Of a DNA stretch of 64,000 nt, positions 34,978 through 48,652 are shown one piece after another. The first letter of the stretch is position 1; each line of letters starts with the position of its first letter. The DNA is taken from assembly GCA_048013815.1 (NCBI GenBank), contig CM106586.1, positions 12,090,001 through 12,154,000 on the forward strand, read 5' to 3'. Origin of the DNA: Setoptus koraiensis (taxonomy: Eukaryota > Animalia > Arthropoda). The position numbers were made by a program, and so were the translations under genes. A model generated the notes under the pieces. It saw nothing but the letters and a program-made list of their open reading frames with translations. It ran no database searches and was not told where the DNA came from.

Positions 34978-37163
34978 GGGTGCGAGCGGATGTGGCTCGG
35001 CGCTCGCTTGTCGTATCGGCTGTTATTCTGGTCGACGCGTTTGATGGCAGGCACACAAACAAAACTTTTGCTTGTTACCAAAGTTTTGTTTCGTATCGGT
35101 CTCGACAGCCAGCCAGCCGGCCAGCCATGCATAAAGCGTCAATTGCGACAAGTCAATTGTCAGTTGGTTGCACACAACAGTTGATAGCAACGCATTCTCA
35201 TGAATACCTATGAATATGAATACTTATGAGCTTGCAATGAACGTTACGTAATAACGTTCTTCAAACTGGCCAACAACGGCAACAGTTGAACAGCGAAAAG
35301 TGTGACCTCAATACATTGCCGCTTCTAACTTCGAAGTTCGAACTTGCAACTTGCAAGAGAACACTCGCTCGAGCAAGCAAAGCCGCGTGAATTTGTCAGC
35401 ATAGCGCAACAGCAACATAACCAGTCATAACGGCGCGTTTGTTGCGTATTGGTCAGTGCCAGTCGATATGCCAGTGGGATATGCTGCATTTCGGGATACT
35501 CATTCATCCCGAAAAGCGGCATATCCCCCAGAACCGCAGCATATCCCTAAATGCAGATGCGTCCCCAAATGGAGATACGTCCCGGAATGAGACGATTGAA
35601 GCTAGCATTGTAAAGTGAAATCGGCCGCTTAGATTGAAATTATTAGATTGAAGTTGTCTCGTTGTGGCTTGGTCGGCGTTGGGCTCCATTGCGGCCAACG
35701 TGAGACGCTGTGGTCGACTGACAGCAAATCTATCGTCGTAGCTCGTCTGTCGGCATGTTGTTCGTTTCGGTATTGTTATCAGTATTATAATTGGTGTTAT
35801 CGTTGGTGTTGGTTGGCGTATGCGAGGCAAAAATTGAATTGTCACAAGTGAGTGCAACAAAGGTGACGCTGTTAAAATGATTGATGCATTTAGTTGTGGG
35901 GGCGCCAATTGTATCAGTGCCGCTGGTAACAATGGCAAGACGACAGCCAATGGGATGAGACGAAATTGCCGAGCGAACGGAGTCGTCAGAGGATGAGTGA
36001 ATGAGCTCGTTTCACTCTGGGCCAATAAATAACTCGGCCAATAAGTAACTCGACCGATAAATAACTCGACGATAGGTTGACTTTTTGTTTGGCAGCGAGC
36101 AGTTTTGAGTTTGCTCGACACCGACAGTCTGATTATGAGACAATTGGCAAACATTTATACATTTGTAGTCGCTGTTGCTCTGGCGAGCAACAGCGACAAG
36201 CAACAGCGACGAGCAACAACAACAAGCAGCGACAACAACGACAAGCAACGACGAGCAACGACAACGACGACAACGACGACAACAACGCACAAGAGCACAG
36301 TTACGTAAGAGCCGTTGGGGGCAAATAAAAAAGTTGCAATCAAGAGTTAAAAGGGAGAGAGAGAGAGATCGAAGATGAGCTGGCTGTTTGGAGACAGTGA
36401 GCTGCCGGTGAACATGAGCTATTTCAATTATGCCAGTTGGGATTGTTTACAATCGGACATGAGGCAAACAGATTATCTAATCGGCTTACTGTTACACAAC
36501 AAGCGCCTGTTGCACAGCAAGCGATCACCTGATCACTTGCTGGCGAGTGGCCGTTGTGACTTACAACTTGTGAGCGAGCGGTAGCCGGTGCCATTGTTGC
36601 CAATGTATTTCATTCATTATTGCGTAACCTGTTTAGTTGATGTTTAGTTGATGTTTAGTGGTCTAGTTGCCGTTGTGCGCGATTGTTGCTCACAACAGCG
36701 TCGCATTGGTCGCATTCGTGGCTCTGTCATTGGTCGGTTGGTTGGAGAGTCGGCAGAGTGGCAGAGTCGGCAGAAAGGAGAGCGAGCGGCGAGCGGCGAG
36801 GAGGAACCGGCTGCCGAGAGGAAGTAACGATGCTTGTTAGCGACACTTGCTCGTCTCTGTCTAACCTTCCGAGTCGCGAGTCGACAGTCGACGACGGAAA
36901 GTCGACAACGGAAAGTCGACGGCGCAAAGTCGAGAGTCAAGAGTCGAGAGTCGGCAGTCGAAAGTTGCCTGTCGCTGATACACCAAAACAACACAACAAG
37001 CAGCCAATGAACAAACGCGAACGAAATCAACAAAACAAGCAGCGAATTAAGTGTATCAAGTGATCAACATCAATCATCGAAACGCTCGCCAGGCAGCCGC
37101 TCGTCCATCAATTACCTTTGTCTGTCAGTCCGATGACATGACACTAATATATTAATTATAACC

Positions 37164-37294
37164 CACAACTGTTATTATACAACTGTTATTATACAACTGT
37201 TATTATACAACTGTTATGTTACGTAACAGTTGTATAATAGTTGTATAATACAATAATAGTTGTATAATACAATAACAGTTATGTAATAGTTGTG
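37164..37294. repeat. ~130 bp imperfect palindrome built from 14 bp repeats and centred on GTTACGTAAC
   Basis: (ttattatacaactg)x3 on the left and mirrored (agttgtataat) units on the right. Centre at 37218-37227. Confidence 0.8.
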
Positions 37295-38813
37295 CAATGT
37301 CTGTGCAAAACAGTTGGCCTATGCGTAATAGTCAAATTAGCCCATGGCGGCCCATGTTTGCGTTCACCGTGCCACTGTTTGGCGCCATTTTCATTGCAAT
37401 GCACTATGTACTATTACTGCAGTATTATCATTTCAATAACCAATAATATTATTTGGTTATTTTAAGTGTTGCGAGTTGTCGCCAGTGTCGCGCTGGTCGC
37501 TTGATTTGTTGTTATCGATCGACGGCACAACAAAATTATTGGCTGTCGCAGATAATTTATAGCAGTATTTTTGTGCAGTTATCTTTATCAACTTGCGCCA
37601 ATGTTATTACGTAACGCATGCCACAAACAAATACGTACGTTACGTAATGTACGCAGTGTGCCTTACCAGTTGTAAGTTACAACAACAACAACAACAACAA
37701 CGTTAGACAACAACCACGTTTAACGCTTGTTGTGGCACGCCGAGCCACAACTAGCGTAAAATTGTTGCGCTTATGGTTGCGCCAGTAAATGATAAATTGC
37801 ATTTGGACAAACATTAGACAATTTTTTCTCATTTATCCATTTTATGGCTGCACCATTGCGTTTTGTGTGCTTGTATTTCACGTATATACAACTATAGAGC
37901 AAACATATCGCGTCTAGTCGCAAATATTATTTATACGTATTTATGTGTATTTGAACAGCACCATTCATGATGGCGCAAATGGCGACTCGTTCTTGGCAAA
38001 ATTTTCACTTTTTCACTTTTTTTTCACTTTCATTTCTCGGCTCAGCATTTTGTTTTTCTGTTGCAGTGTCGCTGTGGTTGCGAGCTCTCGCGCCCACTTT
38101 CGTATATTATTGCTTTATCATTTTTTTATGTGTGGCTCGCATTTTCACCATTCCGACTGATAACTGATCACTGATAATGACAACGCATGGCCGATAAATG
38201 TTTCTTGCGATGCACCAAGCACTCGAGCCACTCGAGCCATTCGAACGACAGTCGCAACTTTCGCTCAAATTAGCCGGCCGCTAATTTTGTGAATTTATTT
38301 TTGGGTTCGCTGTCGCATGCCGACGAACACACTGAGTCAATTATCGCCTCATCGGCATATTCATGACGCTCGACATTAGCCAGAGAGGAGCGACAAGAAA
38401 ACAAATAAGGAAAGCGCACAAAATGGCCAGCACTGTATTAATTAACAATTTACATTCATTTGTTTCTTCTTGTATCATTTCTCGCACCGTCGGCCGGCAT
38501 TTCGGGCATTTGGGCGCCCTTGCATCACATCACTGTATTACGCCAATAGGTGCTCGCAAGCGTCGGGTCAACTTTGAAAATTGTCACCGAAAATCGCCGT
38601 AGAAATAACTGATAGAAATCACAGAAATCATCGCAATTATTATGCAGACAATGACGACCATCGACATCATTCAATCAACGAGCACCGAAGCGAAATCAAA
38701 AATAGCAATAATACCAATAGTAGCCAAAATAGCGATAATAGCAGCAATAGCAGTAATAGCTATAATAACAAACCAATAATCAATAATAGAGACAACAGCA
38801 GCAGTTTGTTGTA

Positions 38814-39413
38814 ATGATCGGAAAAAGCGTTGAATCAGCGTCGGTGTCTTCGTCGATGGACTCGGGCGCCAACAGTGACGGTGATTCGCCATTTGCAAGC
38901 AAATGCGTTGCAATAAACGGCCTAAGTGCACTGGTGGCGAGCTCTTGTGATCGTGACGAGCTAACTAAGTCGACGAAAAACACTTTTTATGATCATCACT
39001 TTAATTGCACTTCTAGCTCTAATGTAAATTTAAAAAATATAAAATATAATAATAATGAGCTGGCACGAATAAATGAGAGCACGCCGAGCAGCAAGTCAAG
39101 TCAATCAAGTCGCTTAATTTCGTCTGGCACCGCCGGACCACCAGCGCCCCAGCCAACGACACAACAGATGAAAGTTCTCAATCATCGTCGACTGTATGCC
39201 TACGAGGCCTGCGACGATGCATCGTCTACCTCTTTTGCGTCGAGTCAGCAAGCTTCGCCGTCGTCGCCGTCGTCCTCTTCGTCTGTGTCACCCACTTTGG
39301 CTAGCACAACAACGACAATCAGCGCCACAACGGGCGCCGATGCCGTCGCCGAGCGCACGGCCATGGGCGATTTAGATGACGATCGAGATAAACAACAACA
39401 GCAACAACAACAA

Positions 39414-39466
<53 letters not shown>

Positions 39467-40126
39467 GCAACAGCAATCAACCAGAGTAGTAATTAATTGT
39501 CGTGATGATGTATCTTACACAATTCGTGATAACGATTACGAAGACATTCAACTGCAGGCCAAGCCGAGCGAACACTGTGATCAGGAGATCGATAACGACG
39601 AGGCTTATGACGACGACTACACAACCAACGGCGACGACGACGACGACGACGACGTTGACGACGTTGACGAGCGACACGACGATCGCCACCACCACAACCA
39701 CCACCAGCGCACCATTTACCTGAACAGTTTGCCCAAAATTCAGCAACAGCAACAGAAAAACGCTCTTGTCGATGGTCAACATAATGGGAATAAGCCCGCT
39801 TTGCTGAACAATGGCTCACATCTTGGCGAGCTAGGCGCAACAGGTGACACAACAGGCATGACTAATGCCCAAATAGAGGCAACAATATGCAGCGCTTCGT
39901 CCATTGTGGACACATCGGATGTCAATGACTTGTTGCTGCTCGGCGCCGGCTTAACTGGAGCATCCAGCCAGGCTAGCCAGCAAGTGGCGCCGCCAGCAGT
40001 GCCGAAGCCAACTAATGAGACGAGCAAGCAAGACGCTTGTTACCTGGGCCTTGTTGGCCAGTGTGATGGTTACGTCAGAGGAGGCAGCGATCGTCATGTT
40101 GAGCGGTCGGCCAGCAGTGAGCGCAA

Positions 40127-40157
<31 letters not shown>

Positions 40158-41610
40158 AGCAGCAACAGCGGCAGCAACAACAACGATCCGTCTGGTCGAG
40201 ATGATAGCGTCGCCATTGCGAGCGGTGGTGCCGTCAGTGTTGCTTTGCAACAATCGCAACAACATCTACAACTTGATAACAAACATTGTAGCTTCGGTCA
40301 TTACACGATTGCGTCAGAGATCGTTGCGGACAGCAGCAGCACCATACAACAACAAGCCAACGGCGGCAGCAGCATAATCACTGAACGCAACAACAGCAAC
40401 GGCAACAACAACGGCAACAACAACGGCAACAACAACGGCAACAACAATGAAAATTTCAAAGATACAACAATGTTTGTGTTGAACGAGTTTAGAATGAACG
40501 ATGAAAAAAATCACAAACAATCATCAGCGGCATCATTAGTGGCGGCCAGCGCCGGCCAGACGGAAGTGAGCAAGCAATCAGATCAGAATTTTGATCAACG
40601 AGAAGCGAGCAACTCATTTTTGGTTTCAGCCAACACAGTGACAACAAGCAAACAGAAACAAATTACTACCACCAACACCGATACATCCGCGCCATCATTG
40701 CGTCACAAAGATAATTATTCACAGCAGCAGCAGCAGCAACAACAGCAACACGATGAAATGTCAACCGAGTGCGCCATTGGCGATGACGCCAACAATTGTC
40801 AAACAACATCAGCAACATCATCGTTTGATACAACAAAATCAACAACAACAAGTGTCTTCTCGCGTCTACCTGTAAATGCTCAACACAGCTCAATAGGTGA
40901 TGGCTCAATCAATGGCAGTGTGGATGATCAAGATGAGTGCAAATTATTATCTAATTCGTGTAGAAATAGTGTGACAAGAGCAAGAATAAATTCAACAATT
41001 GATGAAGAGGAAAACGAGCAGCACGAGAAACGCGACCATTGCGCCGACAGACAATCAAATATTCCATCGCCGATGGATCATGATGGTTATGACACACTGA
41101 AATTTGTCGATTCGTCGTCGTCGGTGTCGGTGTCGTCGGCGGCCTCGTTTAGACACGACAAAATGGAGGCCGATATGGCACTGTCACAACATGCCGGCGA
41201 TGATGACGATGATGATGACGGCGCTATTATTAACAAGACAATAAACAATAACAATTGCTCAAATGGTTGTGTGACAGTGTCGCAAAATATTGATAATGTT
41301 GTCATGTCATCCAATGGTGACCTGGCAAACGAAATGGAAATGCCACCGGTAGACGAACAACAGCAGCCAAGCTGCCTTGAGGACACTAGCCTGGATGATG
41401 CAAGTAGCGCGGAAAATTATCTTCGGTCCATATGGCAAACATTGAATGTTGGATTGGACGGATATCTCAATATTGATGAGCTATATTTAGTATGTCAATA
41501 CATTGGCATGTGCGAATTGAATAATGACATGATTCAGCAATTGTTCAACACTCTAGACACGGATCAGGACGGCAGAGTTGGCTTCGACGAATTCACCCAA
41601 GGTCTATTCA

Positions 41611-41656
<46 letters not shown>

Positions 41657-44600
41657 ACAACTACAACAACAACAGCAACTACAACAACAGCGACAAGAGT
41701 CTTGTGACGACGAGCACTATTACTCGACCGAATATTATTCTACATCGTCGTCGTCGTCGTCGTCTACTAACAACACCACAGCTCAACAGACAATTAAGCA
41801 ACTCAATTCGGTGCAACAGGTTGAACAACAGGAAGTGACCATGAGCACAACAACAACAACAACAACAGCAGCAGCAGCAGCAACAACAGCGACAGCAGCA
41901 CAACAAAAGACAACAACAAAACTGGACAACGAATCTAGTGTTACGTCATCAACAGCGGATAGTCAGCAGCAGCAGCGAGTTGCTTGTGAGCACCGTTCGA
42001 CAACAATAAATGTACAATCATCATCATCATCGACAAATCGGCTCACTCTTGACATTGGCAAGGTGAACGATATTTCTCTAATGGCTCACCAGCATCCATC
42101 GTTATCAAGCGCCGATATTATGGCCAGCAGAAATAATAATAGTAACGATAATAGTAACAATGGCGGTCAACAGGGCGCCTACCTTCACGATTGCACCTAT
42201 CACAATCATAATCACACGCTCGGTGCGGACAATAATCGTCTCTCCGGATCGGCATCATCGGCACTCGTCGTAGCATCGTCTGGCCACACTAGCTCTGGTC
42301 TTGGCAGTTGCGGTGTCGGCAGTTCTGGTCTTGGCAGCAGTAGCGGCAGTAGTGTTTCCAAAAGCAATTCTACATCGAATTGTAAATTTTCAAAGATGCA
42401 TGGCCCAGATAGTGGCCCGAATAACAGTAATTCAAATAATGTGATACACGAAGAGAACGAGAATGAAATTGTTATTGATGGCCAGAGTGATGTCGATCAG
42501 AACAAACCACTAACGGACAACAGCGTCAACAATTCATCGAGTCAGCATCACAGTTTCCTAGATATACAATCAACCGATTCATGCTCATCCAATTGCATCA
42601 ATCATCAGCATTCGGGGCTCGCTTTCCCCGACCAATGCCCGTCGTCATGCAGAGATCTCACTTGTAACGATCATCACAACAACAACAACAACAACAACAA
42701 CACTGGTGCTGTTAACTCATCCAAGCAGCAGTCGTACGTCCAAACAAAAAGGCAGTCCTCTTGTCAAGATAATGATAATTATGAAATAGACAACAGACGA
42801 AGCAACAAGCATCACCATTCGGCGTTCAATCATCACAACAACGCTGACCAATCCGATACAATATTATCGTCATCGTCGGACAACTCGACAACGACCAACC
42901 AACAGCCAGATAAGAATAGCACCAGCACCACAACTACTAATAATAATATTGCCTCAAGTAATACAACAACAACAACAACAACAACCACTGCTAGTGGTAG
43001 ACAACAGCGCCGTACACGCGGTTTTGGGCCCACCGCTAGGGCGCAACGAAGACACACTCTCGGTATGGGTATTTTCGGAAGTGGATCTAGTCCATCATCA
43101 ACTGTTTGGTCCATGATGTCTACTAACGACAGCGTAATGACACAAAACGGAGATAACAACAATGGTGTCAACAACAATTACTGTCGTGATGATGACAAAC
43201 AATCGTCATCAGCGGCATCGTCGTTTGATAGGCACAGATCTAATCAGAGTTTAGAAAGAGTTTTCGACGAACGACGACAACAACAACAAGTGCTATTGTC
43301 TAGTGGTGGCTCAAATGATGACGACGACGATGATGATAACAACAGTGATGATAATAGCATATCGACAACAAGAAGGAGAAGAGACAGACTGATAACAACT
43401 AGCAATAGAGACGAAGAAGAAGAGGAGACAAACAAGATGCAAACAAGCTCAAATGTTCCTATTGTAATAGATAGCCAAATTCATCTTAGATCACCGATGC
43501 GAGTGCCCAGAATGGGCCAGAAGACCATCTCATATTCCACAAACGATATATCGATATCGAGCAACCAACAGCAACAGCAGCAGCAACAACAACATCAGCA
43601 CTATATAGAGGAAGATGACATGTTTAAATTGAACAACAATTTGATGCATCGAAGAAACACCTCGGCTTGCAACAACAACGCCGGCAACAATTTAAATTCT
43701 AGCGACATGTCCAATCGCAACAATAGAAACCCGTCGTCTACGTTTGCTGTTACAGATGACACACAATCAACTATCAATCCTATAATACAATTCTTTAAAT
43801 TGGATCCAAACAAGAGAGGCTTCATTGAATCTAGAGATCTCATCAACTATTGGGAGAGCCTCGGCTTTTATAATGCAGCCGCCGTGCTGAAACAATTGGG
43901 TTACGAGTGCCACTATAATAGAGCCATCAATGTGGAAAATCTCTCTAGCCGGCTAGAGGATGAATTGCAGATTGTTTCGACACAATCAAGATCTGAAACA
44001 TTTCAATTGGCCATGGCGAGCCTATTACAAGAATTGACCGATCTTCGGTTAGACCACGATCAACTGGCAGAGGAAAGAGACAAGTTGCGAGAGAATGTAA
44101 ATGAGGCCAATTCCCGGGCGGCCATATTGGCCAACGAAATAGATGAGCATCATGCAAAACTTGAACAGGCCTCACTCAACAAAATCATGTAAGTATACTC
44201 ATTATGAATTATTATTATTTTTGATTTATATATATATATATATATTTATATATATGATGTAAACATTGACTAATCTAACTATATATCCATCTGATCACTG
44301 CAATCGTTCATTTGACTAGGCAACTAGAAAAGAAAAACCAAGAGCAATTGAGAAAATTGGAGTCGCAGTTCGTGAAGGAACGCGAACAATTGAATTCGCA
44401 CTCGTTAAAATTGCATAATGAAGTCACAAACGAACTATTATCGGCTCAAGCTCAAGAGGTCAAGTGTCGGCAAACTATTAATCAATTGGAGCTAGAGAGA
44501 AACACCATGCAAATGAAATTAGACGAATTGATAAAACTGAATCACGAACTCAAGCAACAATTGCACATTTCGGAATTGAATCAACGCAAACTAGAAGAGA

Positions 44601-45202
44601 TGGAATCAAGTCACAATTCTGTTCTTGAATCTCAACAACGATCCATGTCGGATCAATTGGATTTTCTCAATCAGATAAACAAAAAATTACGCGATGAAAA
44701 TGACGAACTTATCACTGAATTGACTAACAAGGATCAACAGATACAACGACTGAGTAATATTATTGATTTGCATGAGACACCGCCAGAAAGTTTGAAAATA
44801 GAAACAGGCCGTTCGTTGTTAGATCATGCATTGCATCATCAATTAAAACAAAATCAATCAACGACGACAACACTCAACAATCATCAACAACCGTTAAACG
44901 TTCGCAATAATTTAGAGAATCGAAATAACAACAACAACAACAACAACGGTTGTGGTGGCATTAATAGGGGAACCGCTATAGGATTGGAAAACTCAAATCA
45001 AGTGACCAATTCTAATGCCAATTCAAACTCTCAACTACAAACAGCAATTTTAAGCAATAGTAATACGACCAGCACTACCACAACCCAAACAAGTGCAACT
45101 ACAACAGGTGCACCTACAAAGAGGCAATCAAATAGTAGGTTCAAGCAACGTCGTAATGAATATCGTGGCGGAAGACAGGGCTACAGACAACGGCCAACAT
45201 AG
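38814..45202 (+). CDS. Bsg25D: Ninein / Blastoderm-specific protein 25D-like centrosomal protein, 2 exons (38814-44188, 44320-45202), ~2085 aa
   Basis: EF-hand module LRSIWQTLNVGLDGYLNIDEL...LFNTLDTDQDGRVGFDEF, a second degenerate EF module (FFKLDPNKRGFI) and the coiled coil EERDKLRENVNEANSRAAILANEIDEHHAKLEQ. A GT-AG intron at 44189-44319 keeps the frame. The exact 5' and 3' ends are less certain. Confidence 0.8.
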
Positions 45203-45796
45203 TGGAGCCTCACAGATTGACTTGATCGACAACAGTCGTTGAATTGTACACTAGATACTATACAAAGAAAACAACATTATTTTTATTCTCACAACTCACC
45301 CACCTAACAGCTAAATGTGATCTTTTGTACATATAAGTAAAAAATCAATCATCAAATTCGCATTTTTATTCGTTCCTCATTCTCTGGCTCTCATGGCTTG
45401 ACTTTCATCTTCGTAATACGTAATTGTGAGATTTTTTTAATTTCTGACAATCCACGCCGAGTCCATAAATTCCTAGATCTCTTGCTTGCCATATTCAATG
45501 ATATTTATCACTAGATTCATGCCATTTTGGTGAATTCTATATGATCTTCAGTAATGCCAATTGCCGCGGTATATTGGTGCTCGAATTGGTCGCCCAGATT
45601 TTTTTTTATTTTGTGCGCATACCGCGAGAATATAAAATATCGCATCGCCGACACAGCAAGTTGTTTACATGTGCAATGCTTTTGTGTTGCTGTGTTTGCT
45701 GATGTCCACCTATCATTCCTGTGGAAATAAAAATATATTAATGACTGGACTTTTTTATTGGAAATACAAGACTCCAAAAAATATTACGATAGTACC

Positions 45797-48652
45797 ATGG
45801 CCTTCTTGCAATGGAGGAAATTCCAATTTTTTGAGAGCTCCTTTCTGAAAGATACAGAATTGAATGAGCTCTTACTTTGCTCTCAATCACAATCTGGAGT
45901 GACCCCAGCGTCCATTACTTGCTCTACCTCTGGAAGGGGAGTTGTCATAATAGGTGATGCCAACGGATTTGTTCATATAATCAACAAACAACAAAACGTT
46001 CGTCTGTTCAGAGCTAATCAACGAACAACTAGTCATATAAAACAAATCCCTCGACAACCATATCTCATAACATGTGGATCAGACTCAGAGGGAATCAATC
46101 CGCTAATCAAAATTTGGAACCTGGACAAAATGGATCGAATGAACCAACCTACATGTACAAGAGTTATTAGAGCCAATAGTGGGTTCCTTCAGCCCTCAAA
46201 CGTCACATGTTTCGACTGTAACGATAGCATGACGCTTCTCATTGTCGGTTACCAAAATGGACAAGTAGTTGTATTCCGTGGAGACGTTTCCAGACAACGC
46301 TACTCTAAATCAAACAAACCCGTAGAGATCAGTCAGCATCCCATAACTGGTATTTGTATTCGCGAGGACCCTCATCAGCATGATAAACCCGTGCTTACAG
46401 GTATACAGAGTTATCTCTATCAAAACTCCACTAAGGATAAGGATTCGTCCGCGTTTGTAGCGACAGTGGAGGAGATCTTTTTTCTCGAAGTGACCGACAA
46501 ATCATGTTCAAAATTCCAAATAGACTCTATAGGAAGTAAACCCAAATGCTGTTGTCTCATGAATGACGCGAAAAATCTTAGTGATAGCCTATTTGCTGTG
46601 GGCCGTGATAATGCTGTTTATTTCTACCAGACAGACGGAAGAGGCCCTTGCCTGGCTTTCGAGGGAAAAAAGCTTATTCTGTACAAATTCAAAAACTATC
46701 TGGTAGTTGTAAGCCACGATAAAAGTAGTCAAAGTTTGAGAATGGAATTTGGAAATAGACGTTCATCAACAGAACAAACCGAGAAAGACTTGGTGAAAAC
46801 AGTTAATCTAAACATATATGACATACAGAATAAATACATAGCCCATACTTCCATAGTTCCAGAAGTGTTGGAGATTTTTAGCGAATGGGGAATACTATAT
46901 CTCATCTGTAAAAATGGTCAATTAATGGTATTTCAAGAACGCGATACCCAAACAAAACTAGAGGCTTTATTTACACGCAATCAATTCGGTCTAGCGATTG
47001 ACATTGCGAAATCTCATTTGTATACGGATGACGCTTTAGCTGATATTTTTAAACAATATGGAGACCATCTGTATAAGAAAGGTGATTATGATGCCGCCAT
47101 AACACAATATATAAAAACTATCGGACACTCTGAGCCTAGTTATGTGATAAAAAAGTTTCTAGATTCACAAAGAATACACAATCTGACTGGCTATCTGGAA
47201 GCTTTGCACAAGAAATCTTTTGCCAAGCAAGATCATACTAAATTACTGCTCAATTGCTACTCTAAACTCAAAAATGAAAATCAATTGAAGGAATTTATCG
47301 AATCTTATGAGAAGGGAAACATAGAATTCAATCTAGAAACGGCTATTAAAGTATTGAGAGATGCCGGTTTTCATGAGATTGCCATATATTTAGCGAAGCA
47401 ACATAAGAACTATGAATGGTATTTCAGGGTACAGATGGAAGATGGTGGTGATGTTTTGTCAGCCTTGGAATACATGAGATCAATGAACAATCTAGACGAG
47501 ATGGCACTTTATATGAGAAAATATGGCAGATCAATGTTGAAGGAGGAACCTGATCAGACGATCGATATTATCAAGAACATGTGTCTGAAAAGTCATGAAA
47601 ACAAAAATTCATCGGTTCACAGCCAAAACAGTCAAGAGGAATCGTCGATTCACTCAAATTGTAAAATTTACCCGGAGGAATTCTTTCACATATTCGTAGA
47701 TAATAATGAGCTGTTTGTAAAACTGCTCGAACAAATTGTGACGGACGAATTCGGTTCGGAGTTTGCCACAAAGGGTGTACACAATTTACTTTTAGAATTA
47801 TATCTACACTCTTGGCGAAAACAAAATGACGACTATCTAATGAAAAATCTTACCTCAGAGAAGATAATGAAACTGCTATTGAAGCCCGACGGTAGCTACG
47901 ACCTGGAACAAGCATTGATATTGTGTCGCAGTAACAATTTCTTAGAGGGTCTGCTGCACCTTTATAAAAGGGCTAAATTATATAATCTTATACTTCAATA
48001 CTATATCGATCAGAACGATAGTGTTAAGATTATGAAAACTTGCGATGAGAACGGCGATGAGGACCCAAGCTTATATGTATCAGCCTTGATGCATTATTCA
48101 AAGACTGGCGATAAAAGATTAACGCAGATCTTGAATTCAATAGAAAATAAGAAGTTGTTACCTCCCACAATGGTCATCGACATGCTGCTTGAAGGTGATC
48201 AAAATCAATTGGGAACCATTAAAGATTACATACTCAGAGTGCTCGGCAGAGACTATGAAAAGATCATTGATAACGAGCGACTTATTGACCATTATGAAGA
48301 TGATACTGAAAAGATCAGGCTACAAATAGAGGAACTCGAAAATCATTTGCGCGTCTTCCAACCTTCGAAGTGTGCCGCTTGTGGAAATGGATTGGACATT
48401 CCTTCGGTGCACTTCCTGTGCTCACATTCTTATCACCAGATCTGTTTCCATAGTTATTCGGCCGAAAACGACGAATGTCCAATATGTATTACCAACAATA
48501 AGAAACTTCTGGGTGCTATTGAGTCTCACGAATCTATGAGAATGACTTTAGATAAGCTCGAGCAACAATTGGTGACATCTAGCGAGGATACGTTCAATGT
48601 TGTGGCGAAATTCTTTAGTTATGGTCTCATCAAAAACGATGTACATGATTGA
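45797..48652 (+). CDS. VPS11: Vacuolar protein sorting 11 (HOPS/CORVET subunit), intronless, 951 aa
   Basis: Begins MAFLQWRKFQFF (ATG at 45797, not the track's upstream alternative start). It has the clathrin-repeat region QYGDHLYKKGDYDAAITQYIKTIG..EPSYVIKKFLDSQRIHNLT and a C-terminal RING (CAACGNGLDIPSVHFLCSHSYHQIC...CPIC). Confidence 0.97.
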   Translation: MAFLQWRKFQFFESSFLKDTELNELLLCSQSQSGVTPASITCSTSGRGVVIIGDANGFVHIINKQQNVRLFRANQRTTSHIKQIPRQPYLITCGSDSEGINPLIKIWNLDKMDRMNQPTCTRVIRANSGFLQPSNVTCFDCNDSMTLLIVGYQNGQVVVFRGDVSRQRYSKSNKPVEISQHPITGICIREDPHQHDKPVLTGIQSYLYQNSTKDKDSSAFVATVEEIFFLEVTDKSCSKFQIDSIGSKPKCCCLMNDAKNLSDSLFAVGRDNAVYFYQTDGRGPCLAFEGKKLILYKFKNYLVVVSHDKSSQSLRMEFGNRRSSTEQTEKDLVKTVNLNIYDIQNKYIAHTSIVPEVLEIFSEWGILYLICKNGQLMVFQERDTQTKLEALFTRNQFGLAIDIAKSHLYTDDALADIFKQYGDHLYKKGDYDAAITQYIKTIGHSEPSYVIKKFLDSQRIHNLTGYLEALHKKSFAKQDHTKLLLNCYSKLKNENQLKEFIESYEKGNIEFNLETAIKVLRDAGFHEIAIYLAKQHKNYEWYFRVQMEDGGDVLSALEYMRSMNNLDEMALYMRKYGRSMLKEEPDQTIDIIKNMCLKSHENKNSSVHSQNSQEESSIHSNCKIYPEEFFHIFVDNNELFVKLLEQIVTDEFGSEFATKGVHNLLLELYLHSWRKQNDDYLMKNLTSEKIMKLLLKPDGSYDLEQALILCRSNNFLEGLLHLYKRAKLYNLILQYYIDQNDSVKIMKTCDENGDEDPSLYVSALMHYSKTGDKRLTQILNSIENKKLLPPTMVIDMLLEGDQNQLGTIKDYILRVLGRDYEKIIDNERLIDHYEDDTEKIRLQIEELENHLRVFQPSKCAACGNGLDIPSVHFLCSHSYHQICFHSYSAENDECPICITNNKKLLGAIESHESMRMTLDKLEQQLVTSSEDTFNVVAKFFSYGLIKNDVHD

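Noticed and set aside
14200-38800. Dozens of overlapping 60-250 aa ORFs with poly-V, poly-T, poly-Q or poly-C tracts
   Set aside because: They are products of (GTT/CAA)n and related microsatellites, open on both strands, with no recognisable domains.
45758-45796. Track's 13 aa N-terminal extension of VPS11
   Set aside because: It uses a non-ATG start; the conserved protein begins at MAFLQWRKF (45797).
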